A stretch of 64,000 nucleotides of DNA from positions 576,001-640,000 of the forward strand of contig CAWBZI010000004.1 in assembly GCA_963793265.1 (NCBI GenBank). The letters are read 5' to 3'. The stretch is from an uncultured cyanobacterium. Its GTDB lineage: Bacteria > Cyanobacteriota > Cyanobacteriia > Phormidesmidales > Phormidesmidaceae. A program made the position numbers and the translations under genes. The notes under the pieces were generated by a model. It saw nothing but the letters and a program-made list of their open reading frames with translations. It had not been told where the DNA came from and made no database searches. Position 1 is the stretch's first letter, and every line of letters starts with the position of its first letter. This document shows positions 9,947 to 20,330 of the stretch, piece by piece.

Positions 9947-10330
9947 ATGACAACGATGACGATGACAATGGTGACTGAAGACAACTTTAATCAGGAAGTA
10001 CTAGCCTCTTCAGAGCCAGTTTTTGTCCACTTTCAAGCGCCTTGGTGCAGCATTTGTCGGTTAATTTCCCCTATCCTTAGTAGTTTCCATGCTGAATGGC
10101 AAGACAAAGGGTTTGGCGAACTACGCGTTCTTGAAATTAACGCCGACGAAAACTTTAAACTTGCCAATCAGTACCAGCTCACTACGCTACCAACGCTGCT
10201 TTATATAGGAAATGGCGAAGTCATTCAGCGTATCGAAGGGTTTGAGGGCCGTGAGATTTTTCGGGCTTATCTAGACAACATTGCCTATCGACATCAATTA
10301 GAAAATACTTTTGTCTCTCACTCTGTTTAG
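9947..10330 (+). CDS. trxC: Atypical cyanobacterial thioredoxin (TrxC-like)
   Basis: HFQAPWCSICR active site, NADENFKLANQYQLTTLPTL. Confidence 0.75.
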   Translation: MTTMTMTMVTEDNFNQEVLASSEPVFVHFQAPWCSICRLISPILSSFHAEWQDKGFGELRVLEINADENFKLANQYQLTTLPTLLYIGNGEVIQRIEGFEGREIFRAYLDNIAYRHQLENTFVSHSV

Positions 10331-10373
10331 AAATGTTTGGGGATATAGATAGACCAACTAATACAAACTAACT

Positions 10374-10413
10374 AAAGAGCAGCACTAGGATGTATATCCG
10401 GTGCTGCTTTTTT
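10374..10413. terminator. Terminator between convergent trxC and ribD
   Basis: AGCAGCAC...GTGCTGCT stem followed by a T run. Confidence 0.75.
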
Positions 10414-10446
10414 GTGACTTTTTCCCTGATAGAACATCTTAATAGA

Positions 10447-11529
10447 TCACAAGTAGCCTTGCAGCAGAAAGTCATCAGCTACAGGCATAATGCTCACCTG
10501 CTTGAGCGTTTTAGCCTCGGTCATTTTTGCTAAGCCCATCTCTCCGATAGGCGATGGCGCATGAGCGCCGCCAATGAGCTTAGGCGCGATAAAAGCCCAT
10601 ACTTTTTGCACTGCGCCTGCCTTAATTGCCTCAGCCGCCAGCGTACCACCACATTCCCAAAGCACACTCATGAGGCCGCGTTCGTAAAGGCAATCCATTA
10701 CCGCATCAGGTGTTAGGTGCTCAAAGCTAATCACCTCTACGCCCTGCTGCTGAAGCGAATCTTTCACCGTTGCATCAGCGCTGTGCTGTGTCATGACTAC
10801 TGTCGGCACGGCTGATGTGTCCCAAAGGTTAGCGGCCACTGGCAAATGAAGCCGACGGCTCATGACCACTCGTAGCGGATTGTGCGTGCCCTCACCATGA
10901 CTGGTTAAATTTGGATTGTCTTGACGCACCGTATTACCGCCGACAATTACCGCGTCGCAGCGGCTGCGGAGCTGATGAACCTGCTGGCGGGCAGGTGGGC
11001 CGCTAACCCAGGCGCTATGACCGGTGTTGGTCGCAATTTTGCCGTCTAGCGTCATGGCATATTTCAAAATGCCGAAGGGTTTGCGGTGCGTTACCCGGTA
11101 GATGAATGCTTCGTTGAGCTGACGGCAGCGATCGCCCTCGACCCCCACAACCACCTCAATTCCAGCCGCCTGTAGTTTTTCAACGCCACCGCTTGCCTGC
11201 GCATTAGGATCTCTCATGCCGATTACGACCCGGCGAATGCCTGCTCGAATCACCGCTTCACTACAGGGCGGCGTTCGACCCGTATGGTTGCAGGGCTCTA
11301 AGTTGACATAGAGGGTGGCCCCTTGGGCGCGATCTGCTGCGGCGCGAAGTGCAAATACTTCAGCGTGAGGCTCGCCTGCTTTAGGATGGTAGCCCTCACC
11401 GACAATCTCAGTGCCCTGCACAATCACCGAACCCACTAGCGGATTAGGCGCTGTATGACCTGCTGCTGTTGCCGCCAAATCGCAGCAGCGGCGCATCATG
11501 GAAATATCTTCAGCAGGCGTTTGAGTCAT
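10447..11529 (-). CDS. ribD: Bifunctional riboflavin deaminase/reductase RibD
   Basis: PNPLVG, HAE, LEPCNH.GRTPPC, KYAMTLDGKIAT, ECGG. Confidence 0.97.
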   Translation of the reverse strand: MTQTPAEDISMMRRCCDLAATAAGHTAPNPLVGSVIVQGTEIVGEGYHPKAGEPHAEVFALRAAADRAQGATLYVNLEPCNHTGRTPPCSEAVIRAGIRRVVIGMRDPNAQASGGVEKLQAAGIEVVVGVEGDRCRQLNEAFIYRVTHRKPFGILKYAMTLDGKIATNTGHSAWVSGPPARQQVHQLRSRCDAVIVGGNTVRQDNPNLTSHGEGTHNPLRVVMSRRLHLPVAANLWDTSAVPTVVMTQHSADATVKDSLQQQGVEVISFEHLTPDAVMDCLYERGLMSVLWECGGTLAAEAIKAGAVQKVWAFIAPKLIGGAHAPSPIGEMGLAKMTEAKTLKQVSIMPVADDFLLQGYL

Positions 11530-11639
11530 TGTCTTTTATTGGGTTATATTCAAAAATATCGCCTCCACAGAATATATTGCCGTGAGCTAGTCAATGACGA
11601 CAGTAGCCTACTACCATATGTCGGTGTTGTGGTGAGTGT

Positions 11640-13463
11640 ATGACAAAGCGAGTTCAATATCAGCTAAAGCGTCGTCGCTTCAACAAAGGCTGGCTGATTA
11701 AAAGCCGGATGGCTGGCGACTTAATCGCGGTGATGATTGTAGTTGCAATCGCCCTTACCCTCCCAATTGCCGTTCACGCTCAAATTCCATCTTTGCCAGG
11801 CACCGCTACAGAGCAGCCTACCGAGCAAAACAGTACAACTCCTGACGTATCAGATCCAGCACCTGCGCTTAACCGCCTGCTGCCCGAGGAATTAATGCTG
11901 TCTTCGCAGAGGCTAGATGAGGCAACTATCTATTTAGACGGTAGAGAGCTGTTTCGCGTTAGCGCGCCAATTGTGGCAGGTCAAAGGCCCGCAGAAGTTA
12001 GAGCGCAAGAAATTCAGGAGCGACTCTATGGACTGATTCGACAGCTCAATGAGCCGCCTGCCATTACGGTTTCAGTTGATGGCCCCAGTAACCTACCTGT
12101 TATTTACGTGAATAGTCAGCCGCTACTTACCGTGACTAATGCAGATGCTCAGCTCAGCAGCTATGCAGGCCCAACCCTTCTGGCATCTTATTGGCGTGAT
12201 GTTTTGAGCGAGGCGTTTGAGCAATATTTTCAGGAGCGATCGTCCTCCTTTCTGCAGCAGCAGGCCAAAAGAGCGCTTGGCATTTTCGCGGGTGCTCTCA
12301 TCTTACAGCTTGCAGCTCGCCCGCTATCTAAACGTCTCAACCGTAGACAAACCAGGCTCGTTAAGGCTCAAACCCAGCTAGGTAATAGTCGTCATCCCAA
12401 TCCGAGCGTAGCTGCCCCCGTCACGATTAGCCTTGCTAGTGTCTATGAGCAGTTTAAGGCGCGTTTAGATAACCGGCAAAAGCGCAAAATTAATGAAATG
12501 GAGCGGGGGTTGCTGTGGCTGTTTCAAATCGTGCTGTGGGCCGGTAGCCTGCTGTGGATACTCTATTTATTTCCCTATAGCCGCTGGCTTACGGTTCTGC
12601 TGCTCTCTGCGCTCAGAATTCCAGCGCAGATATTTCTGCTGGGCGGCCTGGCGTATGTGGCCGTACGGCTCAGCAGTTTGATTATTGATAAGATAAGTTT
12701 AGCGCTGCGCAAAGGGACAACTTGGGGGCCTGAAAAGTCCCAGCGTTTGACGCTAAGGTTTTCGACGTTTTCGCAGGTGGCTAAAGGTGTTGCTGGGGCA
12801 ATTATTCTAGCGATTACAGTGCTGTTTTCGCTGGCGATCGCAGGTATTCAAATAGCGCCCCTACTGGCAGGTGCAGGCATCGTCGGCATCGGCATTTCGC
12901 TAGCGGCCCAAAGCCTGATCAAAGACATCATCAACGGCTTTTTGATTCTGCTGGAAGATCACTTTGGGATTGGTGATGTTGTTTCAGTCAATGGCTTAAC
13001 AGGCGCAGTTGAGCATGTGAACTTGAGGATCACGCAGCTCAGAGATACCGAAGGGCGGCTGATTACGATTCCAAATAGTCAAATTAGCACCGTGCAAAAC
13101 CTGTCGATGGACTGGGCACAGGTGGATCTGTCGGTGACGGTGGCCCATCAGAGTGATATTGGCAAGGTGCTGAAGTTGCTGGAGGCGATCGCAACCAATC
13201 TGGCTCAAGAACCCAACTGGCAGCGGCTCATTTTAGAGCCGCCCGATGTTTTAGGTGTCGAAACGCTTGACTCTAAAGGCATTACCCTGCGCCTATGGCT
13301 CAAAACGCAGCCATTGCAGCAGTGGGTCGTTGCCAGAGAGCTAAGAGCGCGTATCAAACAAGCCTTCGATCGAGAAGGGATTGCACTTGGCATTCCTCAA
13401 GAGCAAATTACCGTTCATCGCGAAGGTCGGCAGGAGTCTCAAGTTCCTGAGCTAGAAATCTAG
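11640..13463 (+). CDS. MscS-family mechanosensitive channel with periplasmic N-terminal extension
   Basis: LLAGAGIVGIGISLAAQSLIKD, GDVV..G.VE.VNLR.T..RD.EG.L..IPN; start uncertain. Confidence 0.92.
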   Translation: MTKRVQYQLKRRRFNKGWLIKSRMAGDLIAVMIVVAIALTLPIAVHAQIPSLPGTATEQPTEQNSTTPDVSDPAPALNRLLPEELMLSSQRLDEATIYLDGRELFRVSAPIVAGQRPAEVRAQEIQERLYGLIRQLNEPPAITVSVDGPSNLPVIYVNSQPLLTVTNADAQLSSYAGPTLLASYWRDVLSEAFEQYFQERSSSFLQQQAKRALGIFAGALILQLAARPLSKRLNRRQTRLVKAQTQLGNSRHPNPSVAAPVTISLASVYEQFKARLDNRQKRKINEMERGLLWLFQIVLWAGSLLWILYLFPYSRWLTVLLLSALRIPAQIFLLGGLAYVAVRLSSLIIDKISLALRKGTTWGPEKSQRLTLRFSTFSQVAKGVAGAIILAITVLFSLAIAGIQIAPLLAGAGIVGIGISLAAQSLIKDIINGFLILLEDHFGIGDVVSVNGLTGAVEHVNLRITQLRDTEGRLITIPNSQISTVQNLSMDWAQVDLSVTVAHQSDIGKVLKLLEAIATNLAQEPNWQRLILEPPDVLGVETLDSKGITLRLWLKTQPLQQWVVARELRARIKQAFDREGIALGIPQEQITVHREGRQESQVPELEI

Positions 13464-13493
13464 GCTTCAGTCTCTAGGCTTGAACATCACCCC

Positions 13494-13718
13494 TTATGCA
13501 TCAGGCGAGATGCCGTCCTCTGGAAACACCCATTTGGGGCCTTCACTTTGGCGCTCTTGCTGCTTGCGACGCACCGCCTCAGCCGCCATTTCTAGCATGG
13601 TGTCTAACGATGTATTCTCAATGAAACTGGACGCTTTTTCCTGTTCATTTTTATGTGGGCACTGCTCGCCCAGTACGCAACCGTTAACGCAGTCTACAGC
13701 GCAGTTAATATCTGCCAT
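13494..13718 (-). CDS. Small Cys-rich hypothetical protein
   Basis: CAVDCVNGCVLGEQCPH; co-oriented downstream of bioF. Confidence 0.75.
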   Translation of the reverse strand: MADINCAVDCVNGCVLGEQCPHKNEQEKASSFIENTSLDTMLEMAAEAVRRKQQERQSEGPKWVFPEDGISPDA

Positions 13719-13787
13719 GATGTCTTCAAAAAATAAATGTCCTCAGTCTCTGATTTTAAAGGATTTTGACGGTGAGCCTGCCTATCG

Positions 13788-14990
13788 TTAGAGGGTGTTT
13801 ACCGTAAGGCATTTGCCAAGTTCGCTGATTAATTGATCGATGTGCGCATGGGTATGCGTTGCCATTACGCTCATTCTCAACCGACTAATCGGTACGGTGG
13901 GCGGACGGACGGCAGAGATAAAAATGCCTTTGCCAGTGAGCTGTTGAGATAGGTGTAAAACGGTCGCCGCGTCTTTGACCTGTAAGCAGACGATGGCTGA
14001 ATCGGTGGGCAGGCGTTTGAGGTGGACACTTGCAGCCTCGGGGAGGTTGCTGATGCGCTGATCGAGCTGTTGCGTGAGATATCGGACGTTTTGGTGAAGC
14101 TGCAAGAGGCGGTCGGGCTCTTGTTTGAGGCAGGCGATCGCACTCAAAGCGGCCCCCGTATCAGCCGGAGAAAGACCTGTTGTATAAATCCAACTTGGCG
14201 CTCTGTTTCGCAAAAAATCAATCAGCTCAGCGCTACCTGCAACATAGCCGCCCAGGCTTGCAAACGCCTTGCTGAGCGTGCCCATCTGTACCATCTGCTG
14301 GTGCTGAATACCAAAGTGTTCCACGCACCCTGCGCCCGTTTTGCCCAGTACGCCTGCGCTGTGGGCCTCATCGATCATCACCATCGCCTCGAACTTTTCA
14401 CCTAGGCGCAAGATTTCTGGCAGCTTACAAACATCGCCATCCATGCCAAACACGCCATCGGTAAGAATCAAACAGCGGCGATAGGCAGATCGGTGTTGGC
14501 TGAGCTGTTCGGTGAGTTCAGATAATGAGCTATGGCGATAAGTGAGTAGGGTTGCGCCGCTAAGGGTTGCGCCGTTTTTGAGGCTGGCGTGGTTGTATTC
14601 GTCCGAGAAGATGAGATCGCGATCGCCCACCAGCGCAGTAATCGTGCCGATATTAGCCAGGTAGCCGCTGCTAAAAACAAGGGCGTCTGCGGTGCCTTTG
14701 AGCTGTGCGATCGCCTGTTCTAATTCTCGATGCAAAGGGCGATGGCCGCTGAGCAATCGTGAGCCGGTTGCGCTGGTGCCGCAAGTTTGGGTGGCAGCGA
14801 TCGCGCCCTCAATTAGTCTCGTATCTCCCGCGAATCCTAAATAATCATTGCTGGCAAAGTTCACCATCTGACGATCATTCATCGTCACCACCGGGCCACT
14901 GATTCCGGCTATAGGCTGCACCTGTCGGTACCAGTTAGCCTTATGGATGGTGCTAAGAGATTTGCTAATCCAACGATAGGGATCTGACAC
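13788..14990 (-). CDS. bioF: 8-amino-7-oxononanoate synthase
   Basis: FASNDYLG, GSRLLSG, NHASL, DEAH, GTLSKA, RPPTVP. Confidence 0.95.
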   Translation of the reverse strand: MSDPYRWISKSLSTIHKANWYRQVQPIAGISGPVVTMNDRQMVNFASNDYLGFAGDTRLIEGAIAATQTCGTSATGSRLLSGHRPLHRELEQAIAQLKGTADALVFSSGYLANIGTITALVGDRDLIFSDEYNHASLKNGATLSGATLLTYRHSSLSELTEQLSQHRSAYRRCLILTDGVFGMDGDVCKLPEILRLGEKFEAMVMIDEAHSAGVLGKTGAGCVEHFGIQHQQMVQMGTLSKAFASLGGYVAGSAELIDFLRNRAPSWIYTTGLSPADTGAALSAIACLKQEPDRLLQLHQNVRYLTQQLDQRISNLPEAASVHLKRLPTDSAIVCLQVKDAATVLHLSQQLTGKGIFISAVRPPTVPISRLRMSVMATHTHAHIDQLISELGKCLTVNTL

Positions 14991-15050
14991 GAAGAACTCA
15001 AGAGTGTTTTGACTATTCTTATGGTTCCACTCAGACTTTGAATCTGCAAT

Positions 15051-15089
15051 AAAAAAAGCTGACTCCTAAAACAAAGAGCCAGCTTTTTT
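15051..15089. terminator. Intrinsic terminator with A-run/stem/T-run
   Basis: AAAAAAAGCTG.CTC...GAG.CAGCTTTTTT downstream of the spondin gene. Confidence 0.75.
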
Positions 15090-15116
15090 GACTATCTGTA
15101 GCCTATAGATCTAGAT

Positions 15117-15944
15117 CTATGCCTGTTGAAACTGACGGCGACCCAACATAAGTCCACCGACTGCTAGCAGGCCCAAAACAACGCCCGGTTCTGGAACAGC
15201 CGCAGCCTCTTCTTCTATGAGTTCTACTCTAAAACGCGCCACCTCGTAGCCGTCTGCTGTGAAGTCGGCATTAATGAAACGAGGTTCGCTCAAAACGCGC
15301 CCGCCTGGTATGAATCCTGAAGCCAACGTCACACCGCTGCCTTCAACCACACCAGTATCAGGAGCCTCCTGACCAAAGAAAGCTGTGTTCGCGGCCAGCT
15401 CATCATTTACTTCGCTACCGCCATCTAGCACCTGAGCGCCAGATACAACAAAATCCGTGCCGATAAAGTTGCCACTGTCGTCAAAAATGCGGTGAGCGAG
15501 CGGATTGCCATTGCCGATGAAAAAGTCATTGCTCGGAATCACCATACTGGCGTAGCTGAAGTATTGGCTACTCGCGGCGTTACTATCAAGATCTAGGGTG
15601 AAACTAGCCGATTCACCTGGATCGATCGGGCCAGGTGTGAGGGCCGTGCCCAAAATAGCCCCTTGAGCAACGCCGTTGCCCGCTGCTGCAAACTCGGCAT
15701 TGAGTGGATCAACAGTTCCATCTTCAACCAGGCGCTCTAAGCCTGCGGTGATGGGCTGATCGCGATCATAAAGATCGAAGTTGCCATCATGGAACCCGAA
15801 CCAGGCAGGCGTCAAAAAAGTCCCGTTGTCAGGGGCTAAATTATCGACGGTGATTCTGATGCTAGCAGCATGAGCCATTGGCAAAACGGCCAAAATAGAA
15901 CCGATAGAAACTGTTCCAGCTATTAAACTATGACGTATATTCAT
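15117..15944 (-). CDS. Spondin_N-domain PEP-CTERM surface protein
   Basis: Signal peptide, TP.W.GFH, MVIPSND.F, DGGSEVNDE, C-terminal VPEP-TM-RR. Confidence 0.88.
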   Translation of the reverse strand: MNIRHSLIAGTVSIGSILAVLPMAHAASIRITVDNLAPDNGTFLTPAWFGFHDGNFDLYDRDQPITAGLERLVEDGTVDPLNAEFAAAGNGVAQGAILGTALTPGPIDPGESASFTLDLDSNAASSQYFSYASMVIPSNDFFIGNGNPLAHRIFDDSGNFIGTDFVVSGAQVLDGGSEVNDELAANTAFFGQEAPDTGVVEGSGVTLASGFIPGGRVLSEPRFINADFTADGYEVARFRVELIEEEAAAVPEPGVVLGLLAVGGLMLGRRQFQQA

Positions 15945-16069
15945 GAAAGTTTTTCCATAAGTTTGCAACTGCTCTCAAGCAGTCCAAATCACTATGGAGG
16001 ACATATGCCGAGAATCTCCTGAGGGGATTCTAAGAAAATCCTGAGCGCAGTCCAATCGAGTTTTAATAC

Positions 16070-18844
16070 TTAAGCTGTTTCTGCTAGCGGTAGCATCACC
16101 CTGCTAAGCGATCGCCCATCTTCCATCTGAGAAAGTGTAAATTCGCCACCAAGCTGTTGCATAAGCGACTGGCAAACCCATAAATGGCTATTACGGGGCT
16201 CTTGTAGCGTAGACGGTGAGAGCAAGTCAGCCGGGCAACCGTGCTCTAACTCATACAAAACATGGGGTTCTATTGAGCCCTCGTCAGTGATTGAGACTTC
16301 GAGCCAATGATCGTCAATAGGGCGACACCAGATGTCTATGCGATCGCCCACAGGAGAGCGATCGCACGCCTCTGCAATCAGCTCGTACAGCACAAACTCA
16401 ATCTTTGAAATATCGCCTGCAATTGTCAAATTACTCTCACAGTGAACTTTCGTCCATAGCTGCCGCTCCTGCACCAGTGGATTAGCCCGTGCCATCGCCC
16501 GCTTTAGCAAACTAATTAGCGCGGTATTCTCATTTTCTATAGACAGCTCCCAGCGCTCGCTTTTGGTCACCTTTGCTAGTCGCTCAGTGAGCGTACTCAT
16601 CTTTTGCAACAGCATCTTCCGCTTAGGATCGGTGCTGCCAGGCTGCAAGTTAATCTGCTTAAGACAGTCTTTAACTCCCTGGTTGAGATCGTCTATTTGA
16701 TGCTGCTTGTACCAGTTAAGCTGAACGAGCTGCTGCTGATTAGTGAGCATTCGGCCCGTCAGCTTAATATGACGGCGGCACCAGGCAAGCTGATTGACGA
16801 CGACTGCTAGCAAACTGGTTTGTTCGTCTGACCACTGACGCCCCGCACTATCGGCCAGCACAATGACTGCATTAGGTTCATGCTCAGGCGCAGTCCGCAA
16901 CGCCATTACCAATAGCTGTGCGCCTGCTGGCCCTGAAATCCACTGCTGATTGTCATTCGGCAAGTCTTCTATCTTCAGCGTTAAGAGCCCCTCTGTCGAA
17001 GCCGCCCAGTTCAGCACGGCGTCTGTCTCTACTGAAATCTGGCGCTTGTCGTCAATGTGAAAGCTGTTGTTTTGACTAAGTACGTTGCTCGCTTGGGCGA
17101 AAGCCTCGCCATTTTCCCAGGCAATAATTGCAGCTAGCGGAGCGTGTAAAATTTGGGAGATATGGCGCGTCGCGGACTGATCGAGTGCTTTAATTTTTGA
17201 GAGCCGCTGAAGGCTACGCATCCCCCACTGTACGCTCTCGTGGAGGTGCGCTTGCTGATCGGTTTGGCGCTGTAGCTGCCACTGATGCAAAATTAAGCCG
17301 ATCTGATTGCTGAGTGCCTGTACCAGTTCGCGCTCTACCTGGCTCCATCGGCGCTCTATTTTATCGGCAATGACAATCACGCCTTCGGGTACCTGACCGG
17401 GCGATGTGTTGCTAACTAAAAGTGATTTGGCATTCATGGCCAAGAAGTGCGATCGCCAAGGCGAAAACTTCAGCTCATTGTCCAAACTCTCGACGCTCAC
17501 AGGCGAATGCGCCCGCTTCAGCATTTGTTCATCTACGCTATCTAATGGCAACCAGTGTTCTGATCTCTCTACGCCTACACCCGTGCGATAGCACAAGTCA
17601 AAGCCACCCCGGTCGGGATTTGCAATAAGTACCGTGAGCTGATCAGTGCCAATTCGAGCAGAGAGTTGTTCTACACATAGGCCCAATACGTGCTGCCAGT
17701 CGCGATCGCTATGAATGCTGCGCGTAATCCCTGCAATCAGCAGGTGATCAGACTTCGCTCTGCTCAAGGCCGCATCCATCTCTGAGGTTGGCATTGCTAA
17801 GCCCACAAGCTGCGCCACCCCTCGCGCATACGCCTTTTCTACATCACTCCAAATTCGCGCCCTCGCGCCCTCAACCGTAATAAATCCCTGCAGCTCACCC
17901 TGATAAATGATGGGTGCAACAATCAACGACTGAATCTTCAAGTGCTGCATTAAGCGGCTCGCCATACTCGCCTTGAGCGATCCTTCTGCTTCTCCTAGCG
18001 CAACCATTTCATCCGCGCACAGGCTTTGATAGAGGCTCTGCACTTCACTCACTGCCAGGTTGCTATCGGCCTTGCCCCGCAATTTCCCAACCCGACACCA
18101 AAAATACCTTCCCCGAGGCTCTAGCCAAAAGAGACTTACCGGCGCACCCACAAACTTTTGAGTTTCTTCGGCAACCACTTCTAACCGGGCATCTAGCCCT
18201 GGCAGCGACCCTAAAGATCCTAACAATGACAGTAGCGGCTTGGCTGGTTGTTTCGTCTGCTGCCTTTGCACCTCCAGCGCATTTTGGTGAATGGCTTCTG
18301 CCAGCGCATTGTTAATCGCCAGCAGCGTAGAATTTTCTAAAATGCCTGGCATCACACCCCAGCGCCGCGAGCCCAAAATCATCAGCCCAAAGCAGATACC
18401 CTTCCGCTGAATTGGTAACATGACCGTGCCTTGCAGCTCAAACGTTTTGGCAATGCGCTCCCACGCCCCCGCCCGTGATTCCTCTCGAATGTCAGCAATT
18501 ACCGTGGCCTGCTGCTGCACGATTACCTGCTCTAACAAATCGCCAGGATGCAGTGCTAAAGACGTATGTGAGAACCGACGCGGCCCGTTGGTAATGACGC
18601 CACGGGTAGTTAGCTTGTGCGCAAAGCGATCATATAGGCCAATCCACAGCAGCGTGTAGCCAAACTCTGCTCGAATCGCCTCTAGCGCCTCTTGAATAGA
18701 TCTCTCAATGGTGTCTGCTTCCCAAATGGCCGGTAGCACCTGAGAAAGATCTTGCTTGCTCAAATCTCTAGCAGACCGCCGATCGGTGCTATTAGCGCCT
18801 TTACTAGAGCGGCGATCGGGGTTGTGAACTGTGGGCTTAACCAT
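16070..18844 (-). CDS. Multi-GAF sensor with degenerate HATPase C-terminus
   Basis: Four GAF-like units ending in R.WS..E..L; DISKIEFVLYELI, ITDEG, QQLGGEF. Confidence 0.82.
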   Translation of the reverse strand: MVKPTVHNPDRRSSKGANSTDRRSARDLSKQDLSQVLPAIWEADTIERSIQEALEAIRAEFGYTLLWIGLYDRFAHKLTTRGVITNGPRRFSHTSLALHPGDLLEQVIVQQQATVIADIREESRAGAWERIAKTFELQGTVMLPIQRKGICFGLMILGSRRWGVMPGILENSTLLAINNALAEAIHQNALEVQRQQTKQPAKPLLSLLGSLGSLPGLDARLEVVAEETQKFVGAPVSLFWLEPRGRYFWCRVGKLRGKADSNLAVSEVQSLYQSLCADEMVALGEAEGSLKASMASRLMQHLKIQSLIVAPIIYQGELQGFITVEGARARIWSDVEKAYARGVAQLVGLAMPTSEMDAALSRAKSDHLLIAGITRSIHSDRDWQHVLGLCVEQLSARIGTDQLTVLIANPDRGGFDLCYRTGVGVERSEHWLPLDSVDEQMLKRAHSPVSVESLDNELKFSPWRSHFLAMNAKSLLVSNTSPGQVPEGVIVIADKIERRWSQVERELVQALSNQIGLILHQWQLQRQTDQQAHLHESVQWGMRSLQRLSKIKALDQSATRHISQILHAPLAAIIAWENGEAFAQASNVLSQNNSFHIDDKRQISVETDAVLNWAASTEGLLTLKIEDLPNDNQQWISGPAGAQLLVMALRTAPEHEPNAVIVLADSAGRQWSDEQTSLLAVVVNQLAWCRRHIKLTGRMLTNQQQLVQLNWYKQHQIDDLNQGVKDCLKQINLQPGSTDPKRKMLLQKMSTLTERLAKVTKSERWELSIENENTALISLLKRAMARANPLVQERQLWTKVHCESNLTIAGDISKIEFVLYELIAEACDRSPVGDRIDIWCRPIDDHWLEVSITDEGSIEPHVLYELEHGCPADLLSPSTLQEPRNSHLWVCQSLMQQLGGEFTLSQMEDGRSLSRVMLPLAETA

Positions 18845-19175
18845 AGGGGAGCAGAGCCTTTGAGGGCAAAACCTAACGTTGATGAGCGTGATATATAACG
18901 GAGATGCTAAGGGATGCACGCAGTTCGATACGATCCGTAGAAGTACCGAACTAAGCTAAAAATTTGTCATTCCTTTACAACCGTATGGTTCCCTTCATCT
19001 CTAGTTTGCCCAACGGTATAAGAACCAGTCAGTTCAAGATCTGTCTACCTGCCCTTGTCTGCCTTTTGTAGAGGTGGGGCAACAGAGCAGCCGAGATCTT
19101 GATATATTGCTTGCGGTGGTCGTTTTTACGCCTGCATCTATTCCTGTTTTATTGGATCTATTCGGAGCATTTCTT

Positions 19176-20330
19176 TTGCATCAGCTTTATCGGTTTGGCC
19201 TTCGCCCGCTTTTGTTCAACCTGCTCAAAGCTGATCCTGAAACGGCGCATCGCCAAACTATCGATCTGCTGGCTTGGTTAGCTACACATCCAACCGCAGG
19301 CTCACTGTTCCACCAGCCCACTCGGCTCGCTACGCAGTCTGCCTTATCTGGCCTGTGCAGTGTGCGCGATCGCCGCCTCAACCAGTCACTTTGGAATCTC
19401 TCATTCGACAATCCTTTTGGCCTCGCTGCTGGATTTGACAAAGATGGCTCGGCAGCTCGAGCCTGGCCTCTACTAGGCTTTGGCTTTGCTGAGCTAGGCA
19501 CCGTGACCTATCACGCCCAGCCCGGAAATGCTCAGCCTAGAATGTTTCGCCTGCCGCGTGACAGAGCCGCGCTAAACCGGATGGGTTTCAACAATCAGGG
19601 CGCAGCGGCACTCTCTCGAACGCTGAAGACGCTGTGGCCGGAAGATAACTACCCTGTGCCGATTGGTATTAATTTAGGTAAGTCGAAGATTACACCTTTA
19701 GAGGAAGCGGCTGAGGACTATCGCAAGAGTTTTGAGCTGTTGAGAAAGCAGGGAAGTTATTTTGTGGTGAATGTGTCTTCGCCTAATACGCCGGGGTTGC
19801 GATCGCTCCAAGCCAAAGAACAGCTCGCCCCCATCCTCGAAACCCTCCAAACCGCCAACATAGACAACAGACCTTTGCTGGTTAAAATCTCCCCAGATCT
19901 GGCCACCGAAGACATCTACGAGATTGTAGAACTCGCCCAGGCGTGCAAACTCGCAGGTATTATCGCCACCAACACCACTATCAGCCGCGATGCTTTAACA
20001 ACTAAAACTATTGCAGCTACCGGAAAACTTGTCTCAGCAGAACCGGGCGGCATCAGCGGCGCACCTGTCACCCAGCGTTCTACAGAAGTTATTCGCTTAA
20101 TCTACGAGCACACCCAAGGCACACTGCCGATAATTGGCGTTGGTGGCATTTTTACGGCTGATGACGCTTGGGCCAAAATTACAGCGGGCGCGTCTTTGCT
20201 GCAAACCTATACTGGCTGGGTATATGAAGGGCCAGCTATGGTGAAAGCGATACTCAGCGGTCTGCTAAAGCGTTTAGACGAACATGGCTTAGAAAGCATT
20301 ACAGACGCTATCGGAAAAGATCTTTATTGA
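19176..20330 (+). CDS. pyrD: Quinone-dependent dihydroorotate dehydrogenase
   Basis: GLAAGFDK, NRMGFNN, NVSSPNTPGLR, KISPD, GGISG; TTG start after GGAG inferred. Confidence 0.95.
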   Translation: MHQLYRFGLRPLLFNLLKADPETAHRQTIDLLAWLATHPTAGSLFHQPTRLATQSALSGLCSVRDRRLNQSLWNLSFDNPFGLAAGFDKDGSAARAWPLLGFGFAELGTVTYHAQPGNAQPRMFRLPRDRAALNRMGFNNQGAAALSRTLKTLWPEDNYPVPIGINLGKSKITPLEEAAEDYRKSFELLRKQGSYFVVNVSSPNTPGLRSLQAKEQLAPILETLQTANIDNRPLLVKISPDLATEDIYEIVELAQACKLAGIIATNTTISRDALTTKTIAATGKLVSAEPGGISGAPVTQRSTEVIRLIYEHTQGTLPIIGVGGIFTADDAWAKITAGASLLQTYTGWVYEGPAMVKAILSGLLKRLDEHGLESITDAIGKDLY

